The position numbers and the translations under genes are program-made. A DNA stretch of 63,974 nucleotides, the filler included, from Dirinaria sp. TL-2023a (taxonomy: Eukaryota), in assembly GCA_051941275.1 (NCBI GenBank). It is 3 parts of 3 records of this genome, joined end to end, with 100 filler letters (N's around TTAATTAATTAA, not from the genome) between each part and the next. Parts side by side here need not be neighbours in the genome. Positions count along the whole stretch, not along the records: positions 1 to 21,553 come from JAVEBF010000253.1; 2 more parts are not named here. One strand, written 5' to 3'. Position 1 is the stretch's first letter; the number at the start of each line of letters is the position of its first letter. Of the stretch, positions 1 through 14,990 are shown in pieces. The notes beneath the pieces are model-generated. The model saw only the letters and a list, made by a program, of their open reading frames with translations, searched no databases and had not been told where the DNA came from.

Positions 1-68
<68 letters not shown>
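1..68. repeat. (TC)n dinucleotide microsatellite at window start
   Basis: Perfect TC repeat from position 1 to ~67. Confidence 0.97.
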
Positions 69-70
<2 letters not shown>

Positions 71-1375
71 CGTAATATATTCATGGCTACTAATTAGCTC
101 TCTCAGTTCCGTCACAGAAACATATCATAAGCTCATCTCATCTACATTACACGCTCAAATATCCCAAATTTTCAAAAGTAATCTTACCTAAGTCTAATCA
201 GTCAGTCATCCTTCGTACGCACTGAAGGACTCTCTGCATCTATCAACCTCACAGTTCAGACTTTTTACTGTAATTTGAGATCTTAGTCCTACGATTATAT
301 GGTATAAACTCATTTAAAAGTCTCGGATCAGAGAGAGAGGGAAATTAGAGATAAAGAAATAGCGTAGAGGGGAAAGGAAAGGACTTATATATATCTCTTC
401 TTCTCAAACCAAGGTTATTGAATATATTTATTTACTTCCCCAAGGATAAAGAAACCGGTTTACATATACCTCTCTTCATCTCCGTGCCGAGTTTAAAAAC
501 TTTCGAAATCATGTAAGATACGAATTTTTCTTTGTTAGTATCATGTATGTATGTATACTTCGAGATCGAGATCGTCTTACGTTTCTAATTTACTCTCTGG
601 AAAATGGAATATATACCTTATCTACAGTCCCTAATGAACCTAATCAAAAAAGCGCAGAACAGGGGGGAGAATTTGATTTACCTATTGATCAAACATCATC
701 ATCAACAAGCCGCAAAAGCAAGCAGCTCTAGATCCCCCCAAAATCCCAAAATTGCGAAGTACAGTAGCCAGCCCCCCCCTTCAGCGGGGCTTAATGCGAA
801 TGGAAAATTTTTAGATATGATACCACAGATGAATCAGAGAGCCAGCCAGCCAGCCAGTCAGCATTTGAAGGAAGAAATAATTTTTTTTTTTGGGTTTTCT
901 TAGTGGGTGCTAAGGGACTCATTGAGTTTCCTTGATGCTGCTGATTGTTGATCGAAATAAATGATGAATGGTAAATGGTGAGGTGATGTGGTATCTTCTA
1001 TTGGTATACTGTAAAGCACGCACGCAAGCAATCTTAGTATACCTTAAGCAGAGCGGAGCGTAAGAAATGCGGAGAGGCCGAAGGAGCAAATATAAAGTAA
1101 GGTACCCATTCCTTATACCGACCGAACCTGAACTAATAACGCCACCTTCACCCAGGTTGAAAAAACGATGAGAAGAAAGAAATATTAAAAAAAAAGCGGG
1201 GGGGTTGGTGAATTCCTGTCTAGATAAAAAAGTAAAAGTAACGCTTTCGCTCGAAATGCGGCAATAATAAGGTAGACTCTTGAAAACCAAAAAAAAGGCA
1301 ATTCAAAACCCTCACTCTCGCTTCTTTCTCTCGTCCTCCTTTCTTGCCCCACCCATCCCCCACGGGGGAACTAGC

Positions 1376-4300
1376 TCAAGCACCTAAATCGCTCCCAGCC
1401 ACAGGCCTCCTGCCTCTAACACCACCACCACCACCACCACCACCAGCGGCGAGACTAGGATCCCACTCGGCAATGCGCCTCGCCAGCTCGGGATCGCTTT
1501 CGTCGCCGATGAAGGTCCAGCTTTCCTCGTCCCCGTCGTCGGCGGCCGTGTGGTTGGTCGTGTGCGCGCGGTGTTTGATCAGCGTGTTGGCGTACTCCAT
1601 GTCTCGGTAGAGGGCTTGGATCGCGGTGGAGACGCCGTCTTCCTGAGCGTTTTGAAAAAAATTTACGATTTAGTTTTATGGTTCAAGGGAAGGGGGACAG
1701 GAAAAGGAAAGGAAGGAGGCGGGGAAAGGGTTTATTTATTTTACATACCTTCCTGATCTGCTCCCCCAGCACCTTCGCCTTGATGATCATCCGCTCGCTG
1801 TGCGTGGTCTCCCAGAGAGCGCGCGAAAACACGCTAACATTGAGCTTCTTCATGCAGATGCCCACGCCGAGATCTTCGATCCTCGAGCCGAAGAAGAATT
1901 GGTCGCCGAAAAAGGGCTTGACGATGGTCGGGATCCCGGCGCGCAGGCTCGCGCCAGTGGTCCCTGCGCCACCGTGGTGAGCTGCGGCATGAATCTGCCG
2001 GAAAAGCCAGTCGTGCGGCGCCGACTTGATCTGGTGGATCTCCGCGGGAAGGGGCACTTCAGGGACTGAGGCGTCTTGGTTCCCCAGGCGGTCTGACCAT
2101 CCTTTGGAAAGGATGCAGCGGACATCGGCTTTGAGAACAGACTCGACCACTGTTCTGGTCAGGGCGGCGGGATCGGACACGACAATCGAGCCGAAGCCGA
2201 TGTAGACGATCTTCTTGCCGTCTTGCCGCGCTTTCTCGATGAAGGCGGCCAGTTCCTTGGGCGGACTCCAATCCGATGCTTCGTCCAGGAACCAATAGCC
2301 GGTAACGCGGATCCAATCGCTATAGTCCAGAGGCGGCACAACGACCGAAGGGCTGAAGTTGTAGAGGAAGGGCACTTTGTTAGGTTGCATCTTGTCGAGG
2401 TTGGTGCTCCGCAGACCGAGTTCCTTCTTGCGCCATCGGTTCACTTGGCCGGCTATAGCTTTCCAGAAGACATTATCGAACATGACATACGTCAAGTAGT
2501 TATATGCGCCTCCCATTTTGTGATCCGGGACGGCGAAAGCGTGTGGATACGCTCTGGTACGTGTCCAAGGCATCGTAAAGGCACGAAAGTAGGGGACTTG
2601 CAGGGCTTCGGCGATGTGAATGCCGGCCATGGCACTGGGGCTTTCGATGAGAAGGTCGGTATCCTGACATGCCTTCCACGCCGAGGTGAGGAGCTCGTCG
2701 ATCCAGCCCCTGAATTTGACGGAGGCTTCTTTGAGGAAGGAGTAAGTGAACATACCGTTCTCAACGCAGATCCTCATTAGTTCGGCAGGGTCGCCGTCTA
2801 CGGGTGCGAACGCGATGCCGTGCTTTCTGATCCAAGGTTCAAATTCGGCGTGGGTGGCGATCTTTGGCCGGTGCCCTTCTGCTAGAAGACCTTTGCAGAG
2901 CGCTATGTACGGCTGCACGTCTCCTCTTGAGCCGATCGTAAGACACGTGATTCGAAGGGATTCTGTAGGCTTGAAGTTCAGGATAGAGGCCCGAGGATCG
3001 TCAAACAGTATAGGTGGCGCTTGTTCCGGGTGGGCTGACTCGTCTACAGTTGTGGGATACTTGAGCTCATGCTCATTGTGGCCGTCCTGACGAGCTCGCT
3101 GCAGCATGTAATGCTCGGCCCTTGCTGCATCGGCTTCAGCTTTACCTTCTTGCATCAGTAGCCCCGACTCCTGTAGGTATTGCATCGACTCAAGGTTTTC
3201 TAAGAGTGTAATCGCGCAATCATCCCTGACTTCTGTCTGCCCGAATTCAAAAAACAGCTCCTCGTGCCCACGAATGATGACGACTAGCCCCGAATAACCG
3301 AATCGGAAGCCTTTCTCCTTGTCCACATTCTCGACGTCCTTCAAGGGCAGCACCAGCTTCGTCCTAGTTCCTGGCAAAAGACTCCGGAAGCAGAAGCTTC
3401 GGTTGCTGACATAAACTTTGCCATACAACGGCAGTACACGGTGCAGATATCCAAAGTAAGTCGCTTGCAATTTCTCGCTTTCAGGAAGCGCGAAATGGGC
3501 TCTGAATCTATCACCAAAGCCAGCAGCCTCGTCGTCTTCACCTTGGTCTTCAAGTCGATCCTCGCCCAACATGCCTTCCGTGCCGCTGTAGTGCTTGTGG
3601 CCACCTGCCCACATGCCTGAGACTTTCTCGACGTAACCCATCGACTCGCTGGCAAGGAGGTTGCTCATGCGCTTTGAACTGTTCCGTAAATATCCTGCAA
3701 AGCCTGCAGCGCGTTGAAGAGGGTATGCACCTGCTTTGACTAATTGTTGGAGCTTCGGTGAAGAATTAGACTGCTGCAGCTGCCTACGCTCATCGATACC
3801 TAGATGTTTTTGCTCGTCTTTGCGTGTTTGACGCGCTGTCTGAGCTCTTGAAGGAGCATGTAGCTTCGTATCAGATTGCATCGAGTCTGTGCGGGCAGTT
3901 TCCTCGGAATTCCTGCGGTGATCCTTCTCAAGGCGTTGCATGGTTGGGGAATGGAAAACATCGCTCCGATTGAGTATCTGGCTCCCACTGGCATCGGTAC
4001 CTGTATATGAGTAATTCGCCGCCGATGACTCAGTCCCTGGTTCCACTGAGTGAACACATGAATCTGAAGAGCTCTGCTTCCTGGGCGAGGGACGATTTTT
4101 TGTTAATCTTTTCCGAGACTGGCTCATCCGGCTTGTACTTGCGCTTCTCTGTCCGAGATCAAGGCTTACACGAGCGAGCTCCTGGGACAGGTCCAAGCTC
4201 ATCCGGCTTCTCTCAGCACTGCTTCTTGCCCACTCAGCGCTCGGGCGGGGACTTGCTCGACCGGTGCCACGAGGTGATCCTGGCGCTAAAGTAGCCTTGA

Positions 4301-5915
4301 CAGGTTCAAGGAGTGTTGGGGTGGCTGGGTCTCGTGGACTAGCTGATCTTACGCCTAGGGACTTCCTTGGTTCTCGAGATTGGCTGCGCGAGCCTGAACG
4401 CTCGTCGTTACCTGAGGCTGGAGATAGGTAGCCAGCAGGTATTTTCTGGGCTGCTGTGTCATCGATCATGGTGCGCAGCACATCCAATGCGTCTCTTCCG
4501 AAGCTAAAGAAAGAGAAAAAGTACTGCCTTCAATTTAGTGCTATGGAATGAAGTAGTTCGAGCATGGCTTACCTCGTCTATAGCATATGTCTCGTCGCTG
4601 TCTACCACACGAATTTTGAGAGTTTCGGCAAATTCAATGACCGGACTCTCCTCAATGTCGATGACGTTTTCAACCGGCAACGAAATCTTGACGCTGTCTC
4701 CATCGTTGCGGGATCGAAAGATGACTTTTTGCAGAGTCTTTACCCATTCCTTAGCACTTACGTGGCTGTCCGCTTTGAAGTGGAACGTTCGCTGATGCGT
4801 ATCAACGGAGAAGTTTGTCACGTCCTTACCCTTCTCCTTATGCTCAGATAGTGCTGCTGAGATTCCATACCGTAGGTCAATGTTGCCGCTGGGAAAGTAT
4901 AAATCCGACGGATCGGAATAGTAGGAGAGCACATCCCCCTTGAGCGTGAACCAGTAGCGGTTGAATTTGGGGTTTTGTTTGCCCCGCTTGGCAAGATAGC
5001 CAGATTTCGCGATTACATTCTTAATCCCTATGAGCTTGAGGAACCTTAAGACGTATGTAGTAGCTTACAGATTTCTTGGGTAAATAGGCATAAAAGCAAA
5101 CGTGATTTAAAGTGATGTACAGATATCCTTGGAGCAGAACGCTTTGCAGAAGCCAGCATGGGTACTCTAATATACTATCAGCAGCTACTATATACGCTTG
5201 ATATTCACAACCGACCGGATATGACCTCCTCAGGCCGCTCAAAGCCGAAGATCTCTTTCAAGCGGTTGGCCAGACTGCTGTGTCCTACATCCGCATCTGG
5301 AGCTTTAGTGCGCTGCACTTGGCTGGTGTTGGAGCCGGGCAACTCTGCAGATGTATCCAGTTGTGCCTCTGCCTCGAGCATGCGACTCATTAGTGGTGCA
5401 TCGCGAGGCGTAGCAGCTTTTTGGCCGTCGGACGAGGACAGGTGATCGGAGTGTAATTGTAGACTGCTTCGCGACATGTAGTTCTTCTCCTTGATAGTCC
5501 TGAGGTTCAGCTTGGGCAAAGACCGCAAAAGCCTTCGCTCGTGCGGGTGTTGCTTGCTTTGTGCCGCCTTCTCCGCTGCATCCTCGTGGATGCTGGGCGG
5601 CTTATCTGGCTGGTAAGATGCAGACTTGCGTTTGCTGGCGCCTGATGGTTTCGCGCCAGACTCTCCCTCGCTGTCGCTGGTTTCATCGTCAAAACGGGAA
5701 TGAAAATCGACTTTGGAGCCAGCTGCAGCTATGACGGAGAAGACTGATTGATTTGCATATTGCGCAGGCTGCCCTTTGGCTGCTGTAACGTCTTCTTGGA
5801 CATCGTCACCCTCTTTCAGTCTATCCGGGTACTGGATTGAGGGATGTCGTTGAGGCTTTCTCCTTTTTGTGAGCTTTCGACTATTTCCTTTCTTCGAGTC
5901 CGATTCTGCAGCCAT
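1376..5915 (-). CDS. ATG26: Sterol 3-beta-glucosyltransferase (GRAM-PH-GRAM-GT1), multi-exon
   Basis: ORFs 5205-5981, 5021-5242, 4504-4932, 1683-4487 and 1376-1600 join via GT-AG introns (last intron 1643-1748). Motifs [16 protein letters not shown] (GRAM), PH segment, [34 protein letters not shown]; final exon [21 protein letters not shown] taken at 5915 (MAAESD). Confidence 0.95.
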
Positions 5916-6640
5916 GACGACGGAGATGCAGTGCTCGAAGGACACGGGTGCTCTGCGGTGTGTGCGCGGCGCTTGAGGCAATACGTGACTGCAATCACAA
6001 GTCGCTGATCAGCTGGTTATGTATGAAGCGATAAGAGTCCATGGCCTGGCCGAAGCCCCACAAGAGCATCTCGTGGGCCATGGAGATGTGGTCATTCTGG
6101 CTCGGTGTCGTTACCGCCTATAAACACAATCACTTTTCGGGTTGTCGTCGATGAGTGAGCAATAAAGAAGGTGACTACTTTTTTTTATTGTTTGTCCGAG
6201 GCTTCGCCTACAGTGTGATAATAAGGCAGTAGTCACGAACCCTGTGACGCTACGGAATATGACCCGGCCCGAGACTGGTAATCGTCCCCCGACCTAGATC
6301 AGCCCTACATTCCTTATCATACTATGTAGAGTGTTGCAGCCTAGAAAATGATTTCCTTCGAGGACATGGGATTCCCATCGTTATTATTGATCCTTACTGA
6401 GCGAAAGGATATCTGAATTCATTGACCCCACGGACGAATTGCATTCCACTATACTGTACAAGCTTACTTAAGATAAAGCAATCACCCAAGGAGCAAGCAC
6501 CTTTCCATATCGAACGAAGTCACTGACCGATAGCTTGAGCAAACAAGACTCAGGCTTTGTACAGATTGCCCCGCGTATCCAACTCGAGCAATTCCTCCCC
6601 TTTCCTTACGGCTGCGATAGACTCCTTACATCCTCGCAAC

Positions 6641-8006
<1,366 letters not shown>

Positions 8007-8515
8007 GATGCCTGAATACTAGCAGAATATCGATATCAACTCCGTTCCTTGTCGCCGACGATCTACTTGGATGAGATACTGGGTTTGATGGGGAGGTGTC
8101 TTGAGGTAGAGTGGAAAACAACTAGGAGGTAAAGTAGGAGGAAGGTTGAGGCTGGTAATCGGTGGCTGCCTGCCCTCGTGCGAGCGCCGGATGACGAGGC
8201 AACTAGCGCAGCTTGCGCAGCTTTTGACGCTAGCCAAACTCGGATACAGTGAAACACCCCGGCCCGAGGGCTCCGTCATCAGGTCAGGCACGTGACTCAC
8301 GAAGTCAACCCGAGGGAGCCTTGAGCGACAATGGATCAGCGAGCTGATTCACAGTAAAATGGTTGGTAGTAGTTCATCAATCAAGTCATTTCTGGAACTT
8401 CTAAAGTATGTAGTACACGGAGGCCTTCCCTAAGCTATGCATATTCCAAGTGCTTAAAGCCGCTGGGAATGCCAACACGCTCCGAAGAGAAGACAACATA
8501 ACAATTACCCGGCGA

Positions 8516-10053
8516 TTACTTGTAAAAATCAAACCTATACTCTGATCAGTACTTTTTTGCGTCGATATCTAGTGATGCGAAACTTACTTATCGGCCTCTT
8601 GAGCGCCTTTGACCTGACTCGAATACGCGTCTTCGAGATCGGATTGGATGATATTGTATCGATTCTTTCTTACGGCTCGTAATCCGGCCTCTTGCATGAT
8701 AGCAGCAATGATCGCGCCGGAGAGTGGGTCGTTGCGGATGATGAGCGAATCCAGATCAACCTCCGGTGACAGTGACATCTTCGATGATATAGTGGTAAAA
8801 ATCAGTCGACGCTCCCTTCGATCCCGGAGAGAGGGAAATTCAATCTTTCGGTCGAGGCGCCCGGGGCGTAGAAGCGCGGGATCCAGAGTGTCCGCGCGGT
8901 TTGTAGCCATGATCACCTTGACGTTGCTGGTTTGGTCGAAGCCATCCATCTGATTCAGTAGCTCGAGGAGGATACGCTGTACTTCGCGATCCGCTCCTGT
9001 CTGCGCGTCAAACCGTTTGGTTGCAATGGCATCGATCTCATCAATAAAGATAATAGCTGGCGAATTTTCCCGCGCCATACGGAAGACGTCGCGCACCATA
9101 CGTGGCCCTTCTCCCAAATATTTTTGGACGAACTCCGAACCAACAACGCGTATGAAGTTGGCCGTGGTGCTGTTAGCGACGGCCTTGACCAGCATGGTCT
9201 TCCCAGTGCCGGGCGGGCCATACAGTAGGACGCCTCGGGGCGGATCGATACCTGTATCACAATATGAGGTCTGCGGACCAGCCCTATGAGGTAGAGCAGC
9301 ACTGACCTATTTGCTTATAAAGATCGAAGTGAGTGAGAGGTAGTTCTACGGCCTCGCGGATCTCCTGCTTTTGCATGTCAAGCCCACCAACCTCCGCATA
9401 TGTGACGTCTGGTTTTTCATGCGCTCCTAGCATAGCTATCGACGAGTCTGCCTCGGGCGGTAGTATATCAACAAGTGAATTCGAGTGACGGTGTAGGGCG
9501 ACGGAGGACGAGGGTTTAAGCTTCTCGCGGTCAAGGGTAGAGAGGATTCGGACAACATAATTCGATCCCGTTGACGACTGTACGATGCCGGTACTGAGAA
9601 GGATATTTAGGACTCTACCATGTCGTAGGCAGTGGCGGGGATTACTTCTGATCTATTGCCTCCATGAACTGCCCAATCACCAAAGGCACGCTTTGTATTC
9701 GTTTTATCTCTTCTTGAGCCCGGACCAGCTCCCGCTTAAGACTTCTATATTCCAAGGTCAGGATTTAAGACCACGGCTTCGACGTTTCAGCGCGAACCTT
9801 TGCTCATCTTTGATGTACTCTTCTTGTAGATTGATGTACCTATCAAACTTCAGTACTGTCCCTCTACAGAACCTTTAGGACATAAGCAAGCTCACTCTAA
9901 ATGTCTTTGTAGTTTCTTTAGAGTCGAGTATTCATCGCTATCATCATTCCCGACACCCTCCAGAGAGTCGATGTTTGGTATCGAGTTGGAAGGAGAGCGT
10001 TTCTTATGCGGCGCCACAACGTTGGCTGGATTTTCGACTGCAACGCTCCCCAT
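8516..10053 (-). CDS. RPT3: 26S proteasome regulatory subunit 6B (AAA ATPase), multi-exon
   Basis: GPPGTGKT Walker [49 protein letters not shown]; terminal micro-exon FDFYK stop. Confidence 0.95.
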
Positions 10054-10705
10054 GGCGAACTTCTTGACGGCTGGCGAGAAATGGTGGAGCGAGGAAGTAC
10101 TCGTAGGATGGCACAAATAAGGTATGGCAAATACTGAGGTACTTGAGGTACTACTGTAGTCTAAAATGGTGCAAAGTAGCGAATTATTGTCGAAAGACCG
10201 AAGTACTTACTAATATCGGCAGCCAATCACAATCTGGTTTGCATCATGTCACATGACTGACGTGCTGCTCTCTAAGATTTTCCAATGGCATTGATTCCAT
10301 GTGAATATCACCATCGGCAGCTTTCGAGCAGCTCAAACTGCTATTGCTACAGAATGCTTGTCCTCGCTAGAAGTAGCTTAGATTCTTTGCTGGGATAATA
10401 ATGCTAAACTATCTCTAGTGTCCCCTTGACTGATGGAGGAATCTGCTAATCCATAGCTGATTCATTTCGCCTTCTTTTGGCCGGATTGTACCTAGGAAAG
10501 ACTTTCAAAGCCCGCTACCACTGCATGCTCTAAAGAATGAATGCTGGCCCCCCAACATCTTACAGAGCCATCCGACCCGCCCGGAGAAGAGAGGTCCAGC
10601 TCTTTTCTCATAGAAGTACTCGCTCTATCGCGCACGTTAGTGTCACACCTCATCAATGGTCTCCACGTAGTGTGGAGACTTTCTTTGGGCTTAGCAGCGA
10701 TCGTG

Positions 10706-12563
10706 TCATCCCGGTCGGCGGTCAATACTGATGCTCCTCCTGCTTCTTTCGCTAAAGACACTTCCGCTGCTGCTTCTCCTCCGCATTCTTCGAGCTTCGT
10801 CAAGGTCGCCCGGATGCAGGCCGCTGGCTCTTGCAAAAAGATTCAATATATCACTCAAACTGACCACTCCACTGAGTCTCCCTGACATCGCAGCTCCAGG
10901 GAGCGCAGACGCTGAAACGGTAGGAGTAGTGCTTAAGGGGAGAATTGGTGGTTGAGCCTGAGGAAGGGATGCCAGAGATGATGGTGGGTGAGATACTGCA
11001 GGATGAGACAGCGTTATCGGTGGTGTAGGATGGCTTGGCGTGTGAGCACTCGTAATTGACAGGGAGGAGTTGGACATCGAAGGATTCTGTACTGAGGGTG
11101 TCGAGGGCAGAGACGGGGTCGGAGAAGGGGACGGCGGAGTTGTGACCCACATTCTACGTCACTTGTTAGCGTTTGTTCCTTGACATGGTCTTGCAAGTGA
11201 TATTGCAAAAGCATAGAAGGCAGACACATGATGAAAGACATTGAGGAAATAGGGGCAACTGCAACGGTACCTGTGTGCTGTCGTAGCGACTAACTTCGCT
11301 ACAGTGTGCGCCAGCGTAGAATATGGGCTGACATGAAAGACTGGGAAAGAATCCTTGCCATCGTTCATTCCGCGCGTCGAGAGTATGACCGTTATGAAAT
11401 GGATGCAGGTATTGTCCAAGAGCGGTGCCGAGCTTGCCTTGGTGAGGAGCTTATCAAAAATTAGCCAACACCAGTCGAGGATACTCCACAATTCAGAGGG
11501 AGAGGGGCGAATGCGAACCTTGACATCGACGTTCGAGATGTTGCCAATGACATTGTAGTGATTATCCACCACAGCCAAGGATGTTAAGGACTCGTTATTC
11601 ATAAGCACCAAGGCTTCTTTCAGAGGCTTGTCGCCACTAAGCAGAACCCCAGCCGTCAATCGGAGATCTTAGCATGGCCATTTGAATTCTACTCACTTGA
11701 TTGAGATGAGTTGCTGTGACCCGATCCCCAGATCCTTGAGGGTCTGGGGATACAGCTGGTCAATTGTCGGAAAGCTCCTCCCATTGTCCCATAAGAACGT
11801 GAGCAAAGTCAGCTGGCTCAAGACTCCCACAACATCATCGCTGCCTTCTTTGACCACCACTATTCGATGCGACCCTCCGCCAAAGATCTCTATCGCTTTG
11901 GTGAGGTCTGCAGTGTGAGGTAGCGTGACGAACGGCTCTTTGTTCCCTAAACTCTTCGCATCCCGAATGGGGATCGTTTGCCCTTGCTGAGCCTTCTTGG
12001 CCAGACTCTGGAAGAAAGAACGATGTTCTTCGTCTGGATGAAGCTGGCCTGTTGCGAAAAGTAGATACTGAGTTAGGTCGCGGTAATCAAATGTTGCAAC
12101 GGCCGCTTTCTGTGTAGGGTCGGAACGCACGAGAAGGACGGAGGAGCTTGACTCGATCAGAAGCTAAACAACTTTCAGATTCTCCTGACAACGAGGTAAA
12201 GGTCCTGTAGGTTCTTACATTCGTGGCAGCTTCCACTCCTGTGTCTAAATCAACAAAGTGAAGATCATCAGGATTGACCAGCTCGCCCACGCTGATGTGC
12301 TGCCAATTTCTTCCGGCGAAAGCTGGGTCTGCGGAGCCAGCAGTGGGCGGATTGCTCAATAGGTCTTGAATCTGTGCTTGTGATAGTGAGAGATGTCGGT
12401 TAGCACGAGGGGATGGCGGGAGGCCGCGCATCTGCTCTGTGAAACTGGGTCGATGACTATGGCCTGGACTCGGAGTATGACCCAAACGCAAGGGAGTATT
12501 CCGTGAGGATGTAGACGTGTTAGAGCGAGCGGAGCTTGAGCGCTGTAGAGAATGGTCCGGCAT
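10706..12563 (-). CDS. SDS23: SDS23/Moc1 family CBS-domain protein, multi-exon
   Basis: ORFs 12087-12563, 11693-12130, 11159-11659 and 10706-11152; [57 protein letters not shown]. Confidence 0.9.
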
Positions 12564-13200
12564 GATGAGTGTATTGTTTGAGGCTTTTCGTTAGCGACGG
12601 TTGCTCAGCACGTCGATAATGCTGATATCCATTGAGGCTGAAGCAACGTTGGAATTGCTACAGTACAGAGTGAGACTGTATGGAGAGTTCCGAGGGTTCA
12701 CTTGCACAAGAGGCGTGCGTCATTCGGGACGCGCAACAGCGCTATATGGGGTACCTTAGGTAGGTATTTACTCGTGGAAGCATGAGTACGTAAGGTGAAA
12801 GGTGGGGGAAGGGTTTAAATCGCCGAATCGTCTGGCTCGCTTATAAAAGTAGAGTCCTGAGAGTCTGGGAAGGAAAAAAAGGAGCAATAGCAATATAGAA
12901 GAGCCAGACTCGGGCACGGCGGCACCTTTGTGCGGCTTCATCATTCACAACGAGGTACTCGTACTCCAGTATTGTGGTCATCAAGTCAATAAAGAATGGC
13001 ACGATCTGAAAAATGCATCCAATTAATTAGTATTGCGTTTCCCACAACCACTTTTGACTGCGGCTTCTGCGTACACATGTATAGACGGAAGCAAATAGGT
13101 ATCAGGCCAGCCCAGCGAATCAGAATCGTCAAAACCAGCCATACCTGACACCACCCAGCCAAGAAATGCAAGCACCTTTAACCTAATGCAATTTCAACGC

Positions 13201-14211
13201 CTACCAACATCTCAAGCGTGTCCAAAAACCTTCCTGTCGAGTTCGATTCCCGGCTCTACTGGCTGCATCGCCGCCACCGGCTTTCTCTCCAAGGGGCGGA
13301 AGTGGCTGCGTCCGCGACGCAGAGTGAGCGTTGCCGAATAAGGCCTCGGAGCGAGGCGGAGCATTGTGGCCGCCAGATGCGTGTAGACGGCGGGCAGCGA
13401 CGACCCTGCGGACGATGACTAAAGCGAGATGTCAATATCCATATTCCATCAATAACGACCCTCAATAGATAGGTTGACGCTGAAGGAGACTGCCTTTCTT
13501 GCACGGCATGCAGGTGCTTCAGGGAAGACTGCACGTACGAGCAAAAGTCTCTTCAATATTGACCATTTCCCTTGCGCTTGTTTCCATGAAACCGCAGTCC
13601 CTCGATCTAGCAAATTCCAGCCCTTGGCGGCTTGAAATCACCCTCGCATCTTTCAAATCGCATTTGTTGCCGGCAACAATCTTCACGGGCTGAACGCCGC
13701 CGCTGTCATGCCTGTGATCGCACTCCATGTCTATCATCTGAAGGAAGTATTCCAAGGTGGAAAGCGACGTGGCAGCGGTGATGTCGTACACAAGGAGGAA
13801 GGCGTCTGAGCGTAGATTTGAGGCAGCCCATAACCCGCGGTATTCCTCTTGCCCGGCAGTATCGGTGAGAGACAGATAGTATGATTTGCCATCGACGGTG
13901 CGGGTCACGGAATAAGAATCCTCTGATGGCCTGGATTAGATGGGCCAGCTAGGAACCGTGATCAAGATTCAATACCTATCGTGGGATCATATCTGAAGAG
14001 AAAATGGGATCAGTAGGAGCCCCTACGGGAAGAGCGAACAGCCGACTCACTCGTGGGTCCATTGACTTTTCACCAGCCGTAACGTTATTGATGATTTGCC
14101 TTCGATTGCTCGTTTAGCGTATGAAGTCTTTTAGAGGCAGCGTAGGTCGGACAACGTACCGCATCCCCCATCACCGCATATTGTGATTGATATCCGGTTA
14201 TCATCGTCCAT
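13201..14211 (-). CDS. Ras-family small GTPase (5 exons), ends in LRCW
   Basis: Spliced: MDDDNRISITICGDGGCGKS, YDPTIEDSY, DTAGQEEY, NKCD, ETSAR; last exon LIVRRVVAARR...FWTRLRCW stop at 13201-13203. Confidence 0.9.
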
Positions 14212-14990
14212 GACCGCCGGTCGCTATCCTGGGCAGATTGCAGATTGCGGTTTTTCTGGACAGTGGGCCGGAAAGGTCGCTTGATGAGTCGGAGGAAAAA
14301 CTGCCCTGTGCTTGACGGTCGTCAAGGCTCAGACGGTCTTCCGACGTCAGGCTCTGGTTGTCAGTGCGAATACCCAATGCCGGTGACACAGAGGTCTCGC
14401 TCGTGCCTAAGCGCTGCAGCTCGTATTGCGGGTATGTGGCACTGACGTGGGGACGCAGAAGCGCGGCATATCAAGTGCGGTAAATTATTATTATCGACGC
14501 ATGGGAAGGCAAAGGATACGTGCCTTCCCCTGAGTTGCTCGTGGGGAAGGCAAGTCCACCCTTGAATCACTGAGGAATCCCATACTCTACCTAAACTCCT
14601 AAAGCCAAGACCCTGGCGATCCTGACTCTCCGAAAAGAGCATGGTTCGTATGGCACAGCAATAATAATACCTTAAGGTAATGATGAAAACATGCGTAACA
14701 TGTTAGTCGAGTTAGTAGTCTCGTGCAAGACAATTGACAATCAGTTTGAAAAAAAAAAGAACCCCTTTTTTCGTCTTCCTACTTTTAAGCGTTTTGTATG
14801 GTTCCACATTGGATCTGACTCTAAGGTATGACCTTACCCTACACTTCGCAGCCGGTAAAAGCATCAGTGCTCGTCAGATGTCTACTCTCCTGCCACTAAT
14901 TCATTCGACATCGATCGATGAGGCACTGTAGTAGTTTCAGAGCTAACTGTCCTCGCACACCCCCTAGCTCGCACCGTGGATGACTTCAAG

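Noticed and set aside
6380..6415. TTGATC...AGCGAAAGGA resembling the 3' end of a fungal TPP riboswitch
   Set aside because: Lacks the CTGAGA motif and the P5 stem with the GATAAT loop; neighbouring genes are unrelated to thiamine
14845..14870. Minus-strand GCTTTTACCGG resembling U5 snRNA loop I
   Set aside because: Does not match the invariant GCCUUUUAC, and no enclosing stem or Sm site was recognised
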